Part shown: one piece after another, positions 46,981 to 58,895 of the stretch | How the letters are laid out: each line of letters begins with the position of its first letter | Position numbering within the stretch: the first letter of the stretch is position 1 | Assembly (NCBI RefSeq): GCF_009834535.1 | Contig: NC_045697.1 | Coordinates: 312,001-376,000, forward strand | Source of the DNA: Camelus ferus | Taxonomy: Eukaryota | Direction of reading: 5' to 3' | Length of the DNA: 64,000 bases | Made by a program: the position numbers and the translations under genes | Notes under the pieces: model-generated | What the model was told of the DNA's origin: nothing | The model's input: the letters and a program-made list of their open reading frames with translations, nothing else | The model's database searches: none

Positions 46981-48699
46981 GTCCCCAGAGTGGGGTTTGG
47001 AGGCCAGGCTCGGCCCTCGGGGTCCCCCTGGAGTCAGTGGGGCGGGAAAGGGGCTGAGATCCCAGGGTGGGGGTCCCAGATTGAGGTCTGGAGAGGACCC
47101 AGAACCTCTGGGTCCACGTCTAGGCGTCCATGGTGGAGGAGGCGGGCGATGGAGATGGCCCTGGGGCTGAGATGGCCTGCCTCCCCTGCATGCTCCAACC
47201 AGCCTTGCATGGGCGGCTCTTGTCTGCAAGGTCTTGGGAGGCGTGGACCTTGCCCAGCCGCGAGCAACCCCAGGAGCTAGGCCCCTGTCCTCATCACAGA
47301 CCGGACTCCTGGCCAGCGATAGCCAGGGCCTGCAGCCCGCCGGGACGCTGTTGTCCCGCCTGCTTGCGGATGGTCTCTTGCAAAAGGATTTTCCTCCCAT
47401 CAGCTCTGCCTTGGGAGCCAGAGGGTCTGGCACCCTCCTGCATGGCCTGGCAGCTGACCTGTCTGTGCTCTGTCTCAGGCCTCCTGGACCCTTCCTCGTT
47501 GTGAAAGAACCTCCTCCACCACACTCCCAGGGGATGCAGTGAATCCCAGCCCCCAAACTGCCCCCCTCCCCCGAGTTGTCTTTTCCAGTCGGTGCTGGAG
47601 AGGTGTCCAGGCGGGTCACCCTGCCCCACTCCGGGGTCCCTGCCCCTGTGGCCCTGACTGCGAATTGCAGTGGGAGTGACCAATCTGGGCATCATGGGCC
47701 AAGGGGCCTCCCTGGGACCTGGCTGGTCCCTGCCTTGTTTTTGTGAGCTATCCTGGAGCCAGGCCCCCACCCCAGCAGGGCGAGCAGGGGCAGCAGGGCC
47801 CCAGAGGAAGAGAAAACTAGGGCAGGGGAGGAAGCCAGGGGAGGATAATATAGAGGAAAATGCCTGGAGGCTGAACTTGCTGTGAGGGGCTGCAGAGAGG
47901 GGACAGAGGGAAGAGATGGGTGGCTGAGAGAGGGAGGGTGGTGCCAGGGGCTGGCCTGAAGAGCAGAATGGCAGACCCCTGAGAAGGTGGGCGGGAGCTT
48001 GGCCTGGTTGTGCACCTGGAGTCCTGGGCTGGCTTCCCTGCTCCCCTGGGGCTGAGTTCTAGGGCAGATAGACAACAACACACTGAAAAACCAGCCCGAA
48101 ATGCCACTTAGTGTCTTGGTGCCAGCCATGGATGGGAGGAGCCAGGACTGAGTGACCATGAGGACAGACATCCTGGGAGTGGAACAAGAGCCCTGGGGCA
48201 GAGTGATGCTGGAAAGGCAAGGACACCCCTTCCTGTGGGGCTCCTCAGGTGGCCCCTGGGTACTGGAGCATCGGAGCATCAGGCTTACTGCCCACCTCCC
48301 CCTCCCAGCCTCAACCCATGTGGCCTGAGGGCCCACTCCTCCCTGTCTCCTCAGCACATCCCCCAACCTGCCTCAGGCCAACCTGCCTCCCCGGTGGCCC
48401 AGCCACGCGCCTGCGAGATGTGGAGGTTTCTACTGAAGCCCAGTCCCCATAATCCAAACCACAGCCGGCTTCTAAGGAAATAGGATTTCAGCACACACCT
48501 TTCTCCCTCTGTGAGAAAGTGGAGAGCAGGGAAAACAACTTGAAAAGGAAAACCCACATCTGACAATTTCTGCAGAACTCAAACTGCGCTTTCTGATCCA
48601 GTATAGTAACTAAAATGGCAAACCTACTTCCATCAAACTGTCCCATGAATTTCTTAGAAACCTTCCAAAATAATTAACACCTTCTAGGTGAAGCTTAAA

Positions 48700-49035
48700 C
48701 TTAAACCTTTGCTTGGGACATTTAACAAAATTCCAGACAGTCAATTTAAACAACAGACATTTATTTCTGTTGGTTCTAGACGCTGGAAGTCTGAGATCAG
48801 GGTGCCAGCCTGGTTGTTTCTGGTGAGGGCCCACTTCCTGGCCTGCAGACAGAGAGAGAGAGAACTGACCCCACACCTTACGATCTCATCTGACCCTAAT
48901 TACCCCCAAAGGCCTACCTGCAAATACCATCACATGGGGTTAGAGTTTCAATTTACTAATCAGCGGGAGAATCTACTGTTGTTTAAGCCACCCAGTTTGT
49001 GGTGCTTTGTTCTGGGAACCCAGGAAACCTGACGT
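48700..49035 (-). mobile_element. MaLR (MLT1-like) LTR pieces
   Basis: ttaaacaacagacatttatt...ggaagtctgagatcagggtgccagc and ccctaattacc...aaataccatcac; short opposite-strand LTR end gtttaagccacccagtttgtgg. Confidence 0.7.
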
Positions 49036-49636
49036 TCCCACAGACTCTGCCAGCCTGACCAGAAGGCCCAGAAATGGCCAGTCCTGCATTATTTGGTGAC
49101 TGGATTCTCACCCCACATTTCGTCTTGGGCTCCACTGGTGGGTCTGTGTCCTGCTGCAGTAGGTGCTGCCCCTCAGTTCTATATCAGCAGGCTTGGGTGT
49201 TGGTGCCAGACCTTGCCTGTTACAAAAAGCACTTCTGGGAACATTCTTGTCCATGTGTTTGGATACCTTGTGCACACATGTCTACATGTTTACCTTTACT
49301 TCTTAGAAAACAATCCCAAACAGCTCTCCAAAAATGAAAGTTCACACTTCTACCAGCAGGAGACTTCCCTCTCTTCTGCTGCCCACTTTGGCCAGCCCTG
49401 GACACCAGCAGTCTCACATCCCAGCCTCTCTGGTAACGGTGCAGAGGTATCTACGTTGCTGTGGCTTTTGCCACCCAGTGGCGAGGGAGGCCAGCACCTG
49501 GTCCCAGATCGGTCTGCATCTACAGCTGTTCTGATGAGACACTGCTAGGTGTCTTTGTCACTTTTTTATTGAGTCCTTTTCTTATTGATTTATAGGAATT
49601 CTTTATGCATTCTGGAAGTGACTCCTTTGTCAATTA

Positions 49637-50209
49637 CAGCCCATTCTCAGTCTTCTTAAACTTACTCTCTATAAAGTCGCCACGAGCTTAGAATCCCTGA
49701 GTCCTCGAATGCTGATCAGCCACTCTGGGGAAACTCGGAGTTGCTTCCCGTCAGCCTCTGGTCACAACATGTTCACCGATGGGTCAACACGGAACCCCGT
49801 TGCATGTGTTTTCCATTCAGGGCCGCCTATTGGAGGCACACTGTTGACTCACCAGCACTGACCCTCCGGCCAGCGGCGCTGTCCCTTGTCCTCAACGGAG
49901 CTCGCCCGATGCCGGAGCTCCTCTGCCGGGCACGGCCCAGTTTCTCACGCAGAATGCTGGGTGGAACGAGCACAAGGCTGGGGCCCGTATAAGCAGCAAA
50001 ATCACCAGCCGAGAGCACAAGAGTGGAAATGCAGCACCGAACCGACGGGAGGAGGACACGCTCACCGGTGAGTGGACGCAGGAAGGCCGGGCCTTGGTTT
50101 CCAATGCTCGGCACACGGCCACAGGCAACCTCAAAGGTGCCGTGAGGGTAGATGGTGGGGACAATGGGTCTTCGCAAAGACAGGAACCCGGAAATATTGG
50201 GATGGACTG
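49637..50209 (+). mobile_element. MER82-like TcMar-Tigger element
   Basis: ta-cag...ctataaagtcgcc, gcctctggtcacaacat, cagcaaaatcacc and ...gactg terminus match recalled MER82. Confidence 0.65.
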
Positions 50210-50479
50210 CGTCCACACCCTCCTGCACATCACCTTCTCAGTGGTGGTTCTGGGTCAAAGGCATTCTTTATTTCCCTCTGTGCCAGCTGGTCAGCCTTTC
50301 CCTTCTGGGAAGGGCCTTTGAGTCCTGTTCAAGCACCTGCCTGCCCTGAGGCTGTGAAGATGCTCCTGTCTGAGGAAGAGGGCTGTCTGTCTCCAAGTGT
50401 ACACCTGCCAGCCTCCAGGCGGTGTGATGTGAAGTGGTCTCATGTCCACTCAGCCGACACATGGCCAGTCAGTGTGATG

Positions 50480-50800
50480 CGGGCCAGTCCAGGTTTGGGG
50501 CAGCCTGAGGTTGATGGGCTGTCTTTAAGAAAAATGCAAAATTATTATGATAAAATTAGATACACATTTATTCAGAATGAGAGAAAATCACAACAAAGTG
50601 AACATTAAAAACACTGACAAATGGCACAAACATCACAAAATCCAGGAAAAAACCCTACAACTTTCATTCATAACTGCTTCCTACTCCACAATGATTCTGT
50701 TTTCATCTACATTTTTATTGTCTCTTTTTATAACAATTTCGTAATGTCATTGTCCAGGGAGAGAAGAGAGAGAAAAACTCATTCCTGGTTGTGTCATGCA
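50480..50800 (+). mobile_element. hAT-Blackjack-like DNA transposon remnant
   Basis: ctttaagaaaa...aaaattag, aaatcacaacaaa and cacaaacatcacaaaatccag resemble recalled BLACKJACK. Confidence 0.45.
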
Positions 50801-52779
50801 CATTGCCGAGGCTGCTGCCAAGCCTGGAGACAACTTTGTTGAGTCTGTCTCATCTGGAAGCTGAGGCGGCTCAGGGTAGTGCACTTTTCTTGTGTCATGA
50901 CTCATCCAAAACGCCCCTGTGCTCTGACGGGCCTTCTTACATGGTGCCCTTGTCACACTGACTGTGGGGTCCACTCTGTCTTGTCAGTGTCAGCGTTTCC
51001 TGTGAAGTCAGCAGGATGTCCAATCCTTTCCCCAAAGTGCATGTGACTCACTCCTTCCCCTGGCTAACTGCCAGGGGTGTTCCTGGAAGCTGTTTTCTGC
51101 ACCCGGATGTCTGGTGTTGACTTCGCTAAGCAAGGAAGTGACAGTGAGGGACAGACATGTCCATGACCCACAGACGTTCCCACCACTCAGCTTCCCCTTG
51201 GCCAGACCCCGAAAGTGCCACCCCAGCCCCACCCCAGCAAGAGGGGAAGTGTGACGGGGACCCAAGATAGTGTGGGAACCATTGTGGTCATGCTGTCCTA
51301 GTTTAGCAAATGTCACAAAACCATGTGAGTGTATGACCCAGGCCCTCATGAACCCAGGCCACTGTGCGGACCCACGTGTCCCTGCTGTGCCACGCCGTCC
51401 ACGCGGTTCTGGAAGACAGTCCCAGTATAGGCTGGCAGAAGCCCTCTGCATGTGTTCCAGGCATGGGCAGGGCCATGTCCCCTCCAGAGGCTGCTCCTGG
51501 AGCCCTGTTCTGGGCCCTCCCCAACTCGCGGCCCCTCCTCCATCATCAAAGCCAGCAGCACTGCACCTTCGTTCTAAAATGTGTACCCAGGTTTGTTTTC
51601 ATCAGACAGGGTGAGGTGACAGTCACGGAGACACCTGCCTTTGAAGAAAGAATTTATGACATTTCTCAAGAGGAGGGACCCCGCAACATGCAGGGACACT
51701 GGGACCACAGCTTTGAGTCAGGAAACAGAAGCAGGAGTGGAGACAATGTGGCCCAGAGCCTTTATTGGGGTTTTCGCAGGAAGGGATGGGTGAGGCAGTC
51801 CAGGTACACACAGTCAATTGAGGACTGGACGTTTTGAATGATTTTGGCAGCCTGAGCTCTGGGGACAGCCTCTGGCTGTTGGGTACATGGCCCTGGGGTG
51901 AGCTGGTGCAGATGGGACATCAGCATGGCATGTGAGAGGGGGGAGAAGGGCTGGCAGGGGTGGGGGCTCTGGTCCCATCCATTTGTGGGGAGGCTCAGTT
52001 GGTTCCAGGAACTGGCTGGTCCAGGAAGGGCAGCCTCTCCAGGACCAAGACCCCGAGTGCCAGAGCACCCAAAATACCGAAAATAAGCCACTATCACCAG
52101 TACAGTTAGAGACAGACAGGGGGACAGAAGGGAAATCATTCTCACCTGCTTAGAGATACAGGCCAGATTTTTTTAAAGACAAAAATCAGGATTTTGTTTA
52201 AGAGAAGAAAGGTTGGTGGTGCTGCCTGGTCCTCTTCCAGCCAGAGACAGCGACAAAATACCAAACAGAAAAATAAATGAATAAAGAAATGAGGAGGGAG
52301 AAAAGAATGGAAGACAAGACTGATGTAAGAGCATAGAGGGGAGAAAACAGACCCCTATGTTCCTGTTTTTCACCTGGAAAAGTTAAGGGTGCCTCACCTG
52401 GAAAACCACACTATGCCACTGTGGTCCCACCACCAGGACCCTGCTCCCCAGCACCCAGTTAATCTTCCATCTCCAGACCCTTAGCTTAGTCACACCGGCA
52501 GAGCGCACACTCTGGGTCGTGGGGGCGGCTGGGAGCCACTGCCTGCACACCCGTGTTCCCCTCACAACCCTGCATACCCCTTAGTCTCTGGGTGTATTTC
52601 GAGCCCCATGAGGTGCAGCTGCTGTTGTGTGTGTCGCTGCGTTACGTTCATGTACAGTAGGCTCTTTGTGCTGCGTCTCATCCCTCCCTGCATCTCCAGG
52701 GACAGGATCCTTCTTTTCCTGGAAGGACACCAATCACCGCTTCGGTAAAGGGGGTCAGTGGAGACACATGTTCAGACTT

Positions 52780-53150
52780 TGTTTCTCTGGAGTGTCTTTA
52801 TTTGACCTCCGTTTTCGAAGTAGACTTTTTGCTGGAGGTAGAAGTCTGGCTATGAGTTATTTGCCTTGAAGTTTTTGTTTCCTCGTCTGCTGGTTTCAGT
52901 CGCCTTGGCTGGAAGTCAGTGTTCTTCCTTGTGGTTCCGCACTTCAAGGGTTGCAGGCCCTCTTTTCCTCCTGCTGCTTTGAAGGTGTTTCCCTTTGTCT
53001 TTGGTTTCTGCTTTTCATTACAAGCTTGGATTCTGCTTTCTTTCTACTTTTCCTCCGGCTACAGAGCACCTCTTGATTCTGTGGCTGGATGGCTTCCATC
53101 ACGTTAAGAACATTATCAGTTCCTGTCTCTTCAGATGCTGTCTCTGTCAC
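52780..53150 (-). mobile_element. Highly diverged antisense L1 remnant
   Basis: gtctttatttg...tttttgctggaggtagaagtctggc pattern. Confidence 0.45.
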
Positions 53151-53689
53151 CGACCCAAGGGACTGGCAACAGCGACTGGCTCCAGGTGGGTTCTACTGAC
53201 TGAGGGAGGACGTGCAGGGAAGGGGTCCTCCCCTGGGTTCCGAGACCTTCGGTTGGTGGGGAAGATGCTGTGCGACCTCCAGGACAGGCAGGTATACAGA
53301 CACACACATGCAGCATATGCATGCAGCTGAAAGCTTAAACACCTACACCGCTGACCGCCACCTCCCCAACACCCAGGCCAGGCTGCCTGGCTGTCCTGAA
53401 GAGACGTCCACTTGGCTTCTTAAAGGCAGCTTAGCTCTCTGGCCACCCCTGCTGCTTTACAACCGCGCCCCTCTCCGAAAACGGCACACCCCCACGCTGC
53501 CGCAGTCAAATTCCTTAGGGTCACCAGTCCACCTTCCAAATGTGTCCCACATCTGACCACCTCTGCCCACCGCCCAACCATCGCAGGTCTGAGCCATGCG
53601 TTAGGCTCCTTCCTGCTCCGAGGGCCGACCTTATGAAGCGTTGCAGATGACGGTTCTCACCCGTGCGGCTAAAAACCAGGTGCTTTCCA

Positions 53690-54560
53690 AGTGCCCACAG
53701 CGCGCTCAGCGCCTCAGCGCGGGAGGGGACGGAGGGGCACTACCTGCTGGGGGCTGCCGACCCTTTGCCCCCTACACCTACTGCCCCGGCCCCGCCGCCA
53801 CGTCCACGGCCCCAGCCTCCGGCCCCACTGCCTCGCGCCCACATCCCCGCCCCCGCCCACTCCCTCCTGACCCCGCCCATATCTACCGCTTTCCCCCTCC
53901 CCAGACACGCCCCTCCCACAGCCCCGCTCCACGCCCACCACCCCGGCACCGCCTCCCACCTTCCGCCAGACACCGCGCACAGCCACCACTTTCCGGGGTC
54001 CCGCTCCGCCCCACGCCCACCGACCCGGGTCAGCGACCTCACGTCCACTAACCCGCTTCCTCGCCCACCGCCCCGGCCCCTCCCACCTCCCACCGCCGGC
54101 CAGACTCCTCCTGGCCCGTTCCTGCCGAGGCCCCTCCCGGCGCCGGCGGTCACGTGGCGTGTAACCCGGAGGCGGAACCGGCCGTGGGGCGCGGACCTCG
54201 GCTCCGGGAGCGACAAAGGTCGGGTGGGTCTATAGGGTTGGGGTGCCCTGGCGCCCCTGCCATGCGCCCCCCGCGCCCCCGCGCCGCGCTGCTTCCGCTC
54301 CTGGTCGCGCTTCTGGCCGCGTCTCCAGCGGCTGCCGAGGCTCCGCACCTGGTGCGCGTGGACGCGGCCCGAGCGCTACGGCCCCTGCGGCCCTTCTGGA
54401 GGAGCACCGGCTTCTGGTGAGCGCTCCGCAAGGGAAAATCGAGGTCCGAGCGGCCCATACCGCACCTATCCCGCTGTGCGCTCTTCCCGGACCACCACCG
54501 CGAACCCCGCCCCAGGCCTCTGGGATCCCCGTCGCATCCACCGAATGAGGAGCGCCTACT
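53690..54560 (+). promoter_or_regulatory. IDUA CpG-island promoter with CLEAR-like element GTCACGTGGC (54149-54158)
   Basis: CpG-rich and C-skewed; 9/10 match to the CLEAR consensus GTCACGTGAC about 100 bp upstream of the ATG. Confidence 0.85.
54262..54416 (+). CDS. IDUA: Alpha-L-iduronidase exon 1 (155 coding bp), signal peptide
   Basis: [57 protein letters not shown](C); GTGAG donor. Confidence 0.97.
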
Positions 54561-54972
54561 GCAGATCTCTCCAGACGTGATTGGGGGGTCCTAGCTGTCC
54601 GCCGGCTCTGTGCGGTTTTGGGGTGCCACGGAGGTTTCCTAGATGAGTGGCTACCCAGTATGGCGGAGGCCTAGGGCAGGCTCCAGAGTTTGCCTAGTCG
54701 ACCCCAGGAGTCTGAAGAGCCTGGTGGCCTCCCTGGCCCAGGACACTACTCTGGTGCAGACCAGGAGCCTCCCAAGGGTATCAAGGAGCCTTGATACCCC
54801 AGCGGTATCAAGACGTCCTGGCAGTGAGACCTGTCCCCGCTCCCCATGTGTCCTCCATCCCCTCTGTCAGGCTTGGAGCTGAGATTCCCCTGCTGGGACA
54901 GTGGGCAGGGTGGGGCCCTGATCTCCATAAACATGAGGTAGGTTTCATAACAATCCTGGCATTAGTGGTCAT

Positions 54973-54978
54973 TTTATT
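54973..54978 (-). terminator. AATAAA poly(A) signal, probable SLC26A1 3' end
   Basis: TTTATT on +; the first canonical signal I found downstream of the SLC26A1 stop (about 1.1 kb). Confidence 0.6.
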
Positions 54979-55109
54979 ACATCAGGGACAGTAAAACTCA
55001 CCAGCGGACACTCCCCAGTCCTGGCCCTGGTGGTGTAGGTGTGGCTGTGTGCCAAGGCTGCTCTGTTAACTCGGACTAATGCCCCCACTCCCCCTTGTTT
55101 TGTGCCCAG

Positions 55110-55250
55110 TCCCCCACTGCCGCACAGCCAAGCTGACCAGTATGACCTCAGCTGGGACCAGCAGCTCAACCTGGCCTACGTGGGTGCTGTCCCTCACGGT
55201 GGCATCCAGCAGGTTCGGACCCACTGGATGCTGGACCTCGTCACGGCCAG
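55110..55250 (+). CDS. IDUA: IDUA exon 2 (141 bp); exon 3 onward not found in the window
   Basis: cccag/[52 protein letters not shown](R). Confidence 0.97.
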
Positions 55251-56058
55251 GTGGGTGGCAGGGAGTGGGGGAAGCCTAGGGGCAGCTGGGCAGAGCCCAC
55301 TTTATGAAGACCAGGACGAAGAGGAGGTGGTGTCCGGGTGTGGAGGATAGTGCAGTTTAGGGCAGTGGTGGGGACATCCTGCTCTGAGAAGCCACCGCCC
55401 CACACTTCTCGGCAAAGCATCCCCCGGGGAGGGAGAGTGGAGGGCATCTGGCTGCACAGGGCACTGTGGTGCTGGGCAGCCCCTGGATGGGGCACAGCTG
55501 CTTTCCTGCTGGAAGCCACCCTGGCAGCTCAGGCTCAGGTTGGTGTGCAGCTGGACCCCAAAATGGCTAGTGGGCACCCACACTCTGTGCTGTGTTCCAA
55601 GGGCCAAGCTGAGGTCATGTTGGTCACATCTGCCTTTGGCCCTGCAAGGGCCAGCCAGGGCTGAGGCATGAGGTATGAGAGACACTTGGGCATGTGTGTT
55701 GCGGGGGCTTCAGGGACATAGAGACCCTCATAGAGACCTGGTGGGGTGGGGGCCGGCAGGCCAAGGGACCAGTGTCTTTTCGGCACCTCGGCGGCCATGT
55801 GACTGCCTCGGGGTCCTTGTTTAAGACAGGACACTGAATGTCAGATCGGCTCCACAGACCACAGGTGCACAACCCTGGGCCCAGGTGGCACTGTGGCAGC
55901 GTGTCTCAAAGGTGCGGTGGTGGGTTCTCAGGCATCTGAGTCCTTGTGGGTGTTCACAGTGCCACCCTCCGTCCCAGTTGGGGTTCCCCAGTTCCCCTAG
56001 GGTGGGGACGGCAGTGATCGATGGTACAGGTGGAGGCTGGTGGCAGGCACTGGCTCTC

Positions 56059-57588
56059 CTAGAGGGAGGAGTCTGTGGCTGCCAGCTCCCTGTGACGGGC
56101 TCGGGCCGCCTGCACAGCACCGTACACGCTGGGGAACAGCTGCTCCTCCTCAGCCACGTCCTCCTGGTCCTCCCCGAGGAAGCCGCCCCTCCTCAGGGTG
56201 TCCCTTACTGAGGGGCTGCAGCAGGCCAGGAGCAGGGTGATGCCCAAGGCCTCGTAGTCTCGGCGCAGGTCCTGCAGTGTGGCCAGGCCAGCCGCGTCCA
56301 GGAACAGCAGCGGGGCACAGTCGATGACCACCACGTGGAAGCCGGTTGCCGAGGGCATCAGCGCGGCCGTGCTGCTCACTGGGCCCAGGTCCCGGCCTTG
56401 GATCAGATCTCCTTTGCCAGCCCCCACCCCTGAGCCCCGCTCCTTCCTCCTGGCAGTCACATGCCCCACGTCCAGCCCCGTCAGGCTGTAGAGCGAGCGC
56501 AGGAAGAAGTCCTTGTTGGCATAGTAGAGTGGCCCCGAGAAGCGGAACACCTGCACGCCAGGCTCGGGGACCAGGCCCTCAAACTCTGTGCTGTCCTCGT
56601 AGAAGCCAGAATCCCCAACTTGGGCGAGCAGGGCGGCACGAGGGCGCTGTGTGCGGCTGGCCAGGCTGAGCAATGAGAGGAGGACGCCAGCCAGGAGCCC
56701 GGCCTCGGTGCTGACCAGCACGCAGGTGGCCGCAGTGGCCACCCAGACTAGTGCATCGGCTGGGCTGAGCCGCCACAGCCGTGGGACATCCCTCACCTTG
56801 CGCAGGGCCCCCCGCAGGCTGACGACAATGACACAGGCCAGCACGCACCGCTGCAGGTCCCGGAACAGTGGCGCCAGCACCAGCAGCACCAGCAGCACCA
56901 CGGCAGCGCTGACCACGCTGGACACCTGCGTGCGGCAGCCAGTGGCTGTCTTCACCAGGCTCTTGGACAGGGCAGCACTGGTGGCAAAACAGTGGAAGAA
57001 GGCGGGCAGCACGTTGCAGCAGCCCACGGCCAGTAACTCCTGGTTGGCACGCACGGAGTAGCCGTGGCTGCGGGCAAACATCTCTGCCAGTGAGATGGAA
57101 AAGGCAGAGCCTATGAGGGCCAGGGACACAGCATCCTGTGCCACCCGCCACATCAGCTCTGGATCTGGCACTCGTGGGGCCACGAAGCCAGTGGGGATGT
57201 CACCAGCCACGTTGGAACCGAAGCGCTCATGGAACTGCCCAAAGTGGGACACGAGCGTGGCCACCACGATGACCAGCAGCTCTGCAGGCAGCGGCACCTG
57301 CAGGCGGTGCCGGAGGCGGTCCGAGAGCTCCTTAGCCGCCAGCAGCACGGCCAGGCACGTGGCACTGGTGAGCACGTCGCACAGGTTGGCCTGCCCAGCG
57401 CTGCGCAGCAGGCTCAGCCACGTGCTCACCACCATGCCTGGGCCCTGGTGCCGTGGGACCCGCACACCCAGCAGGTGCCTGAGCTGGGAGGTCAGGATGG
57501 TCACTGAGGCCCCCATGGCGAAGCCATCCAGCAGCGGCTGCGAGAGGTAGGTGGACACGAAGCCTAGCCGGAGGATGCCCATGAGGAC
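56059..57588 (-). CDS. SLC26A1: SLC26A1 second coding exon, TM core and STAS domain; total 706 aa
   Basis: cacag acceptor; [23 protein letters not shown]...NQELLAVG...[11 protein letters not shown]...[14 protein letters not shown]...DSSL-TAG. Confidence 0.98.
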   Translation of the reverse strand, partial: VLMGILRLGFVSTYLSQPLLDGFAMGASVTILTSQLRHLLGVRVPRHQGPGMVVSTWLSLLRSAGQANLCDVLTSATCLAVLLAAKELSDRLRHRLQVPLPAELLVIVVATLVSHFGQFHERFGSNVAGDIPTGFVAPRVPDPELMWRVAQDAVSLALIGSAFSISLAEMFARSHGYSVRANQELLAVGCCNVLPAFFHCFATSAALSKSLVKTATGCRTQVSSVVSAAVVLLVLLVLAPLFRDLQRCVLACVIVVSLRGALRKVRDVPRLWRLSPADALVWVATAATCVLVSTEAGLLAGVLLSLLSLASRTQRPRAALLAQVGDSGFYEDSTEFEGLVPEPGVQVFRFSGPLYYANKDFFLRSLYSLTGLDVGHVTARRKERGSGVGAGKGDLIQGRDLGPVSSTAALMPSATGFHVVVIDCAPLLFLDAAGLATLQDLRRDYEALGITLLLACCSPSVRDTLRRGGFLGEDQEDVAEEEQLFPSVYGAVQAARARHRELAATDSSL

Positions 57589-58304
57589 CTGTGGACAGAG
57601 TGTGGTCGGGGCAGCGGGTCCGCGGCACGGAACCCGATCTCCCTCCTCCTGGCTGCGTATTTCCCAGATGGACTCCATCCACAGCCCCCCTGCATGCGCA
57701 CGTGCACACACAGGCACTGCAGAGACGGGAGGTGCCCGCCGTGGCTGCAACGCTCCCTTGTGATCCTCACACACTGGGCTCTGGGCGTTGGGAGGCAGCT
57801 CCTTTCTCCTGCCCCGTATGCATCACCCCCACCCCCCACCAGGAGACCTGGAGCTGATGGGAGGGACCCAGGGTGGCCCTTGGGAGGGGGTGACATTGCA
57901 GTGGACAGCCCTGGTCCAGGAAGGGCTGGGTGCAGGGAAGCCACACGAAGGCTGGCAGTCCCCAGGGTCCCATTTGGGACAGGAAGCCAGGGAGGCTGTG
58001 GGGACCGAGTGGCAGGAGTTGGGCACATCTGGGCCTGAGGCCACTCTCTGCGGCTGGCCTCGCAGGCTCCCCGATCCTGGTGACCCTCAGCCCCTGTGGT
58101 GCGGTCATGAGCCAGCCTCTGCCTGGGCCCTGTTCTGTCTTCTCCTTGCTGGTTAAGCCACCACCCTGATCTTGTGTTTCCCCCAGGCTTGGCCTTCCAG
58201 GTAGGCAACCGGCACCGAGGGGGCTGCTCCGAGGGGCTGAGGTGCCCCATCTGGGTCTGGGCCCGGGCCCAGCTTGGAAGGACCCCGTGCGGCAGTCTCC
58301 TCAC

Positions 58305-58895
58305 CTGGTAAATCCCGGCCACCAGTGTGAGGGCGGTGGCAACGCGGATGGCGTAGCAGTCCCTCCCGCAGTCCTGCAACCCGAGCACCAGCGTGGCGGC
58401 TGAGGCATTGAGGGCGCTACTGTTGGCCCCAGGCCCCAGGCCGTCCTGGGCAGGGTCGAAGCCGGCCAGCAGGAGCTCGCGGTCCACCACCTGACCCACC
58501 ATGAGGCAGAGCAGGCTGAAGATGCCCACGGAGACGTGGCGCGAGGTGCCCATGAGGAAGTAGATGAGATTCGCAAAGAAGGACGTGTAGAGGCTGTAGA
58601 CAGGCGGCAGCCCAGCCAGCAGCGAGTAGGCGATGGCCTGCGGCACCAGGATGATGCCGATGACCAGCCCAGACATGGTGTCACCCGCCAGGTCCTCCCG
58701 AAGCCGGTACTGGCGGAGCCAGCGTGTGGCTGGGAACAGGTCCTGCAGCAGCGCCCAGGCCCCCTGCACGCTGCACACACAGCTCCTCCGCAGTCTGGCC
58801 TTCAGAGCCTCACCCAGGCCCGGGGGTGCTGGGGGCCGCCGGCGGACCAGCACTGGCCCCCTGGCCTGTGGTGTGCATTCAGGGGACACGTCCAT
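58305..58895 (-). CDS. SLC26A1: Sulfate anion transporter 1 (SAT1), first coding exon (exon probably extends to acceptor at 58923)
   Basis: MDVSPEC...[37 protein letters not shown]...GTSRHVSVG (SLC26 signature); CAG|GTGAG donor. Confidence 0.97.

Noticed and set aside
51590..52070. Possible ERVL-type LTR remnant
   Set aside because: The resemblance is too vague to name without a Dfam search.
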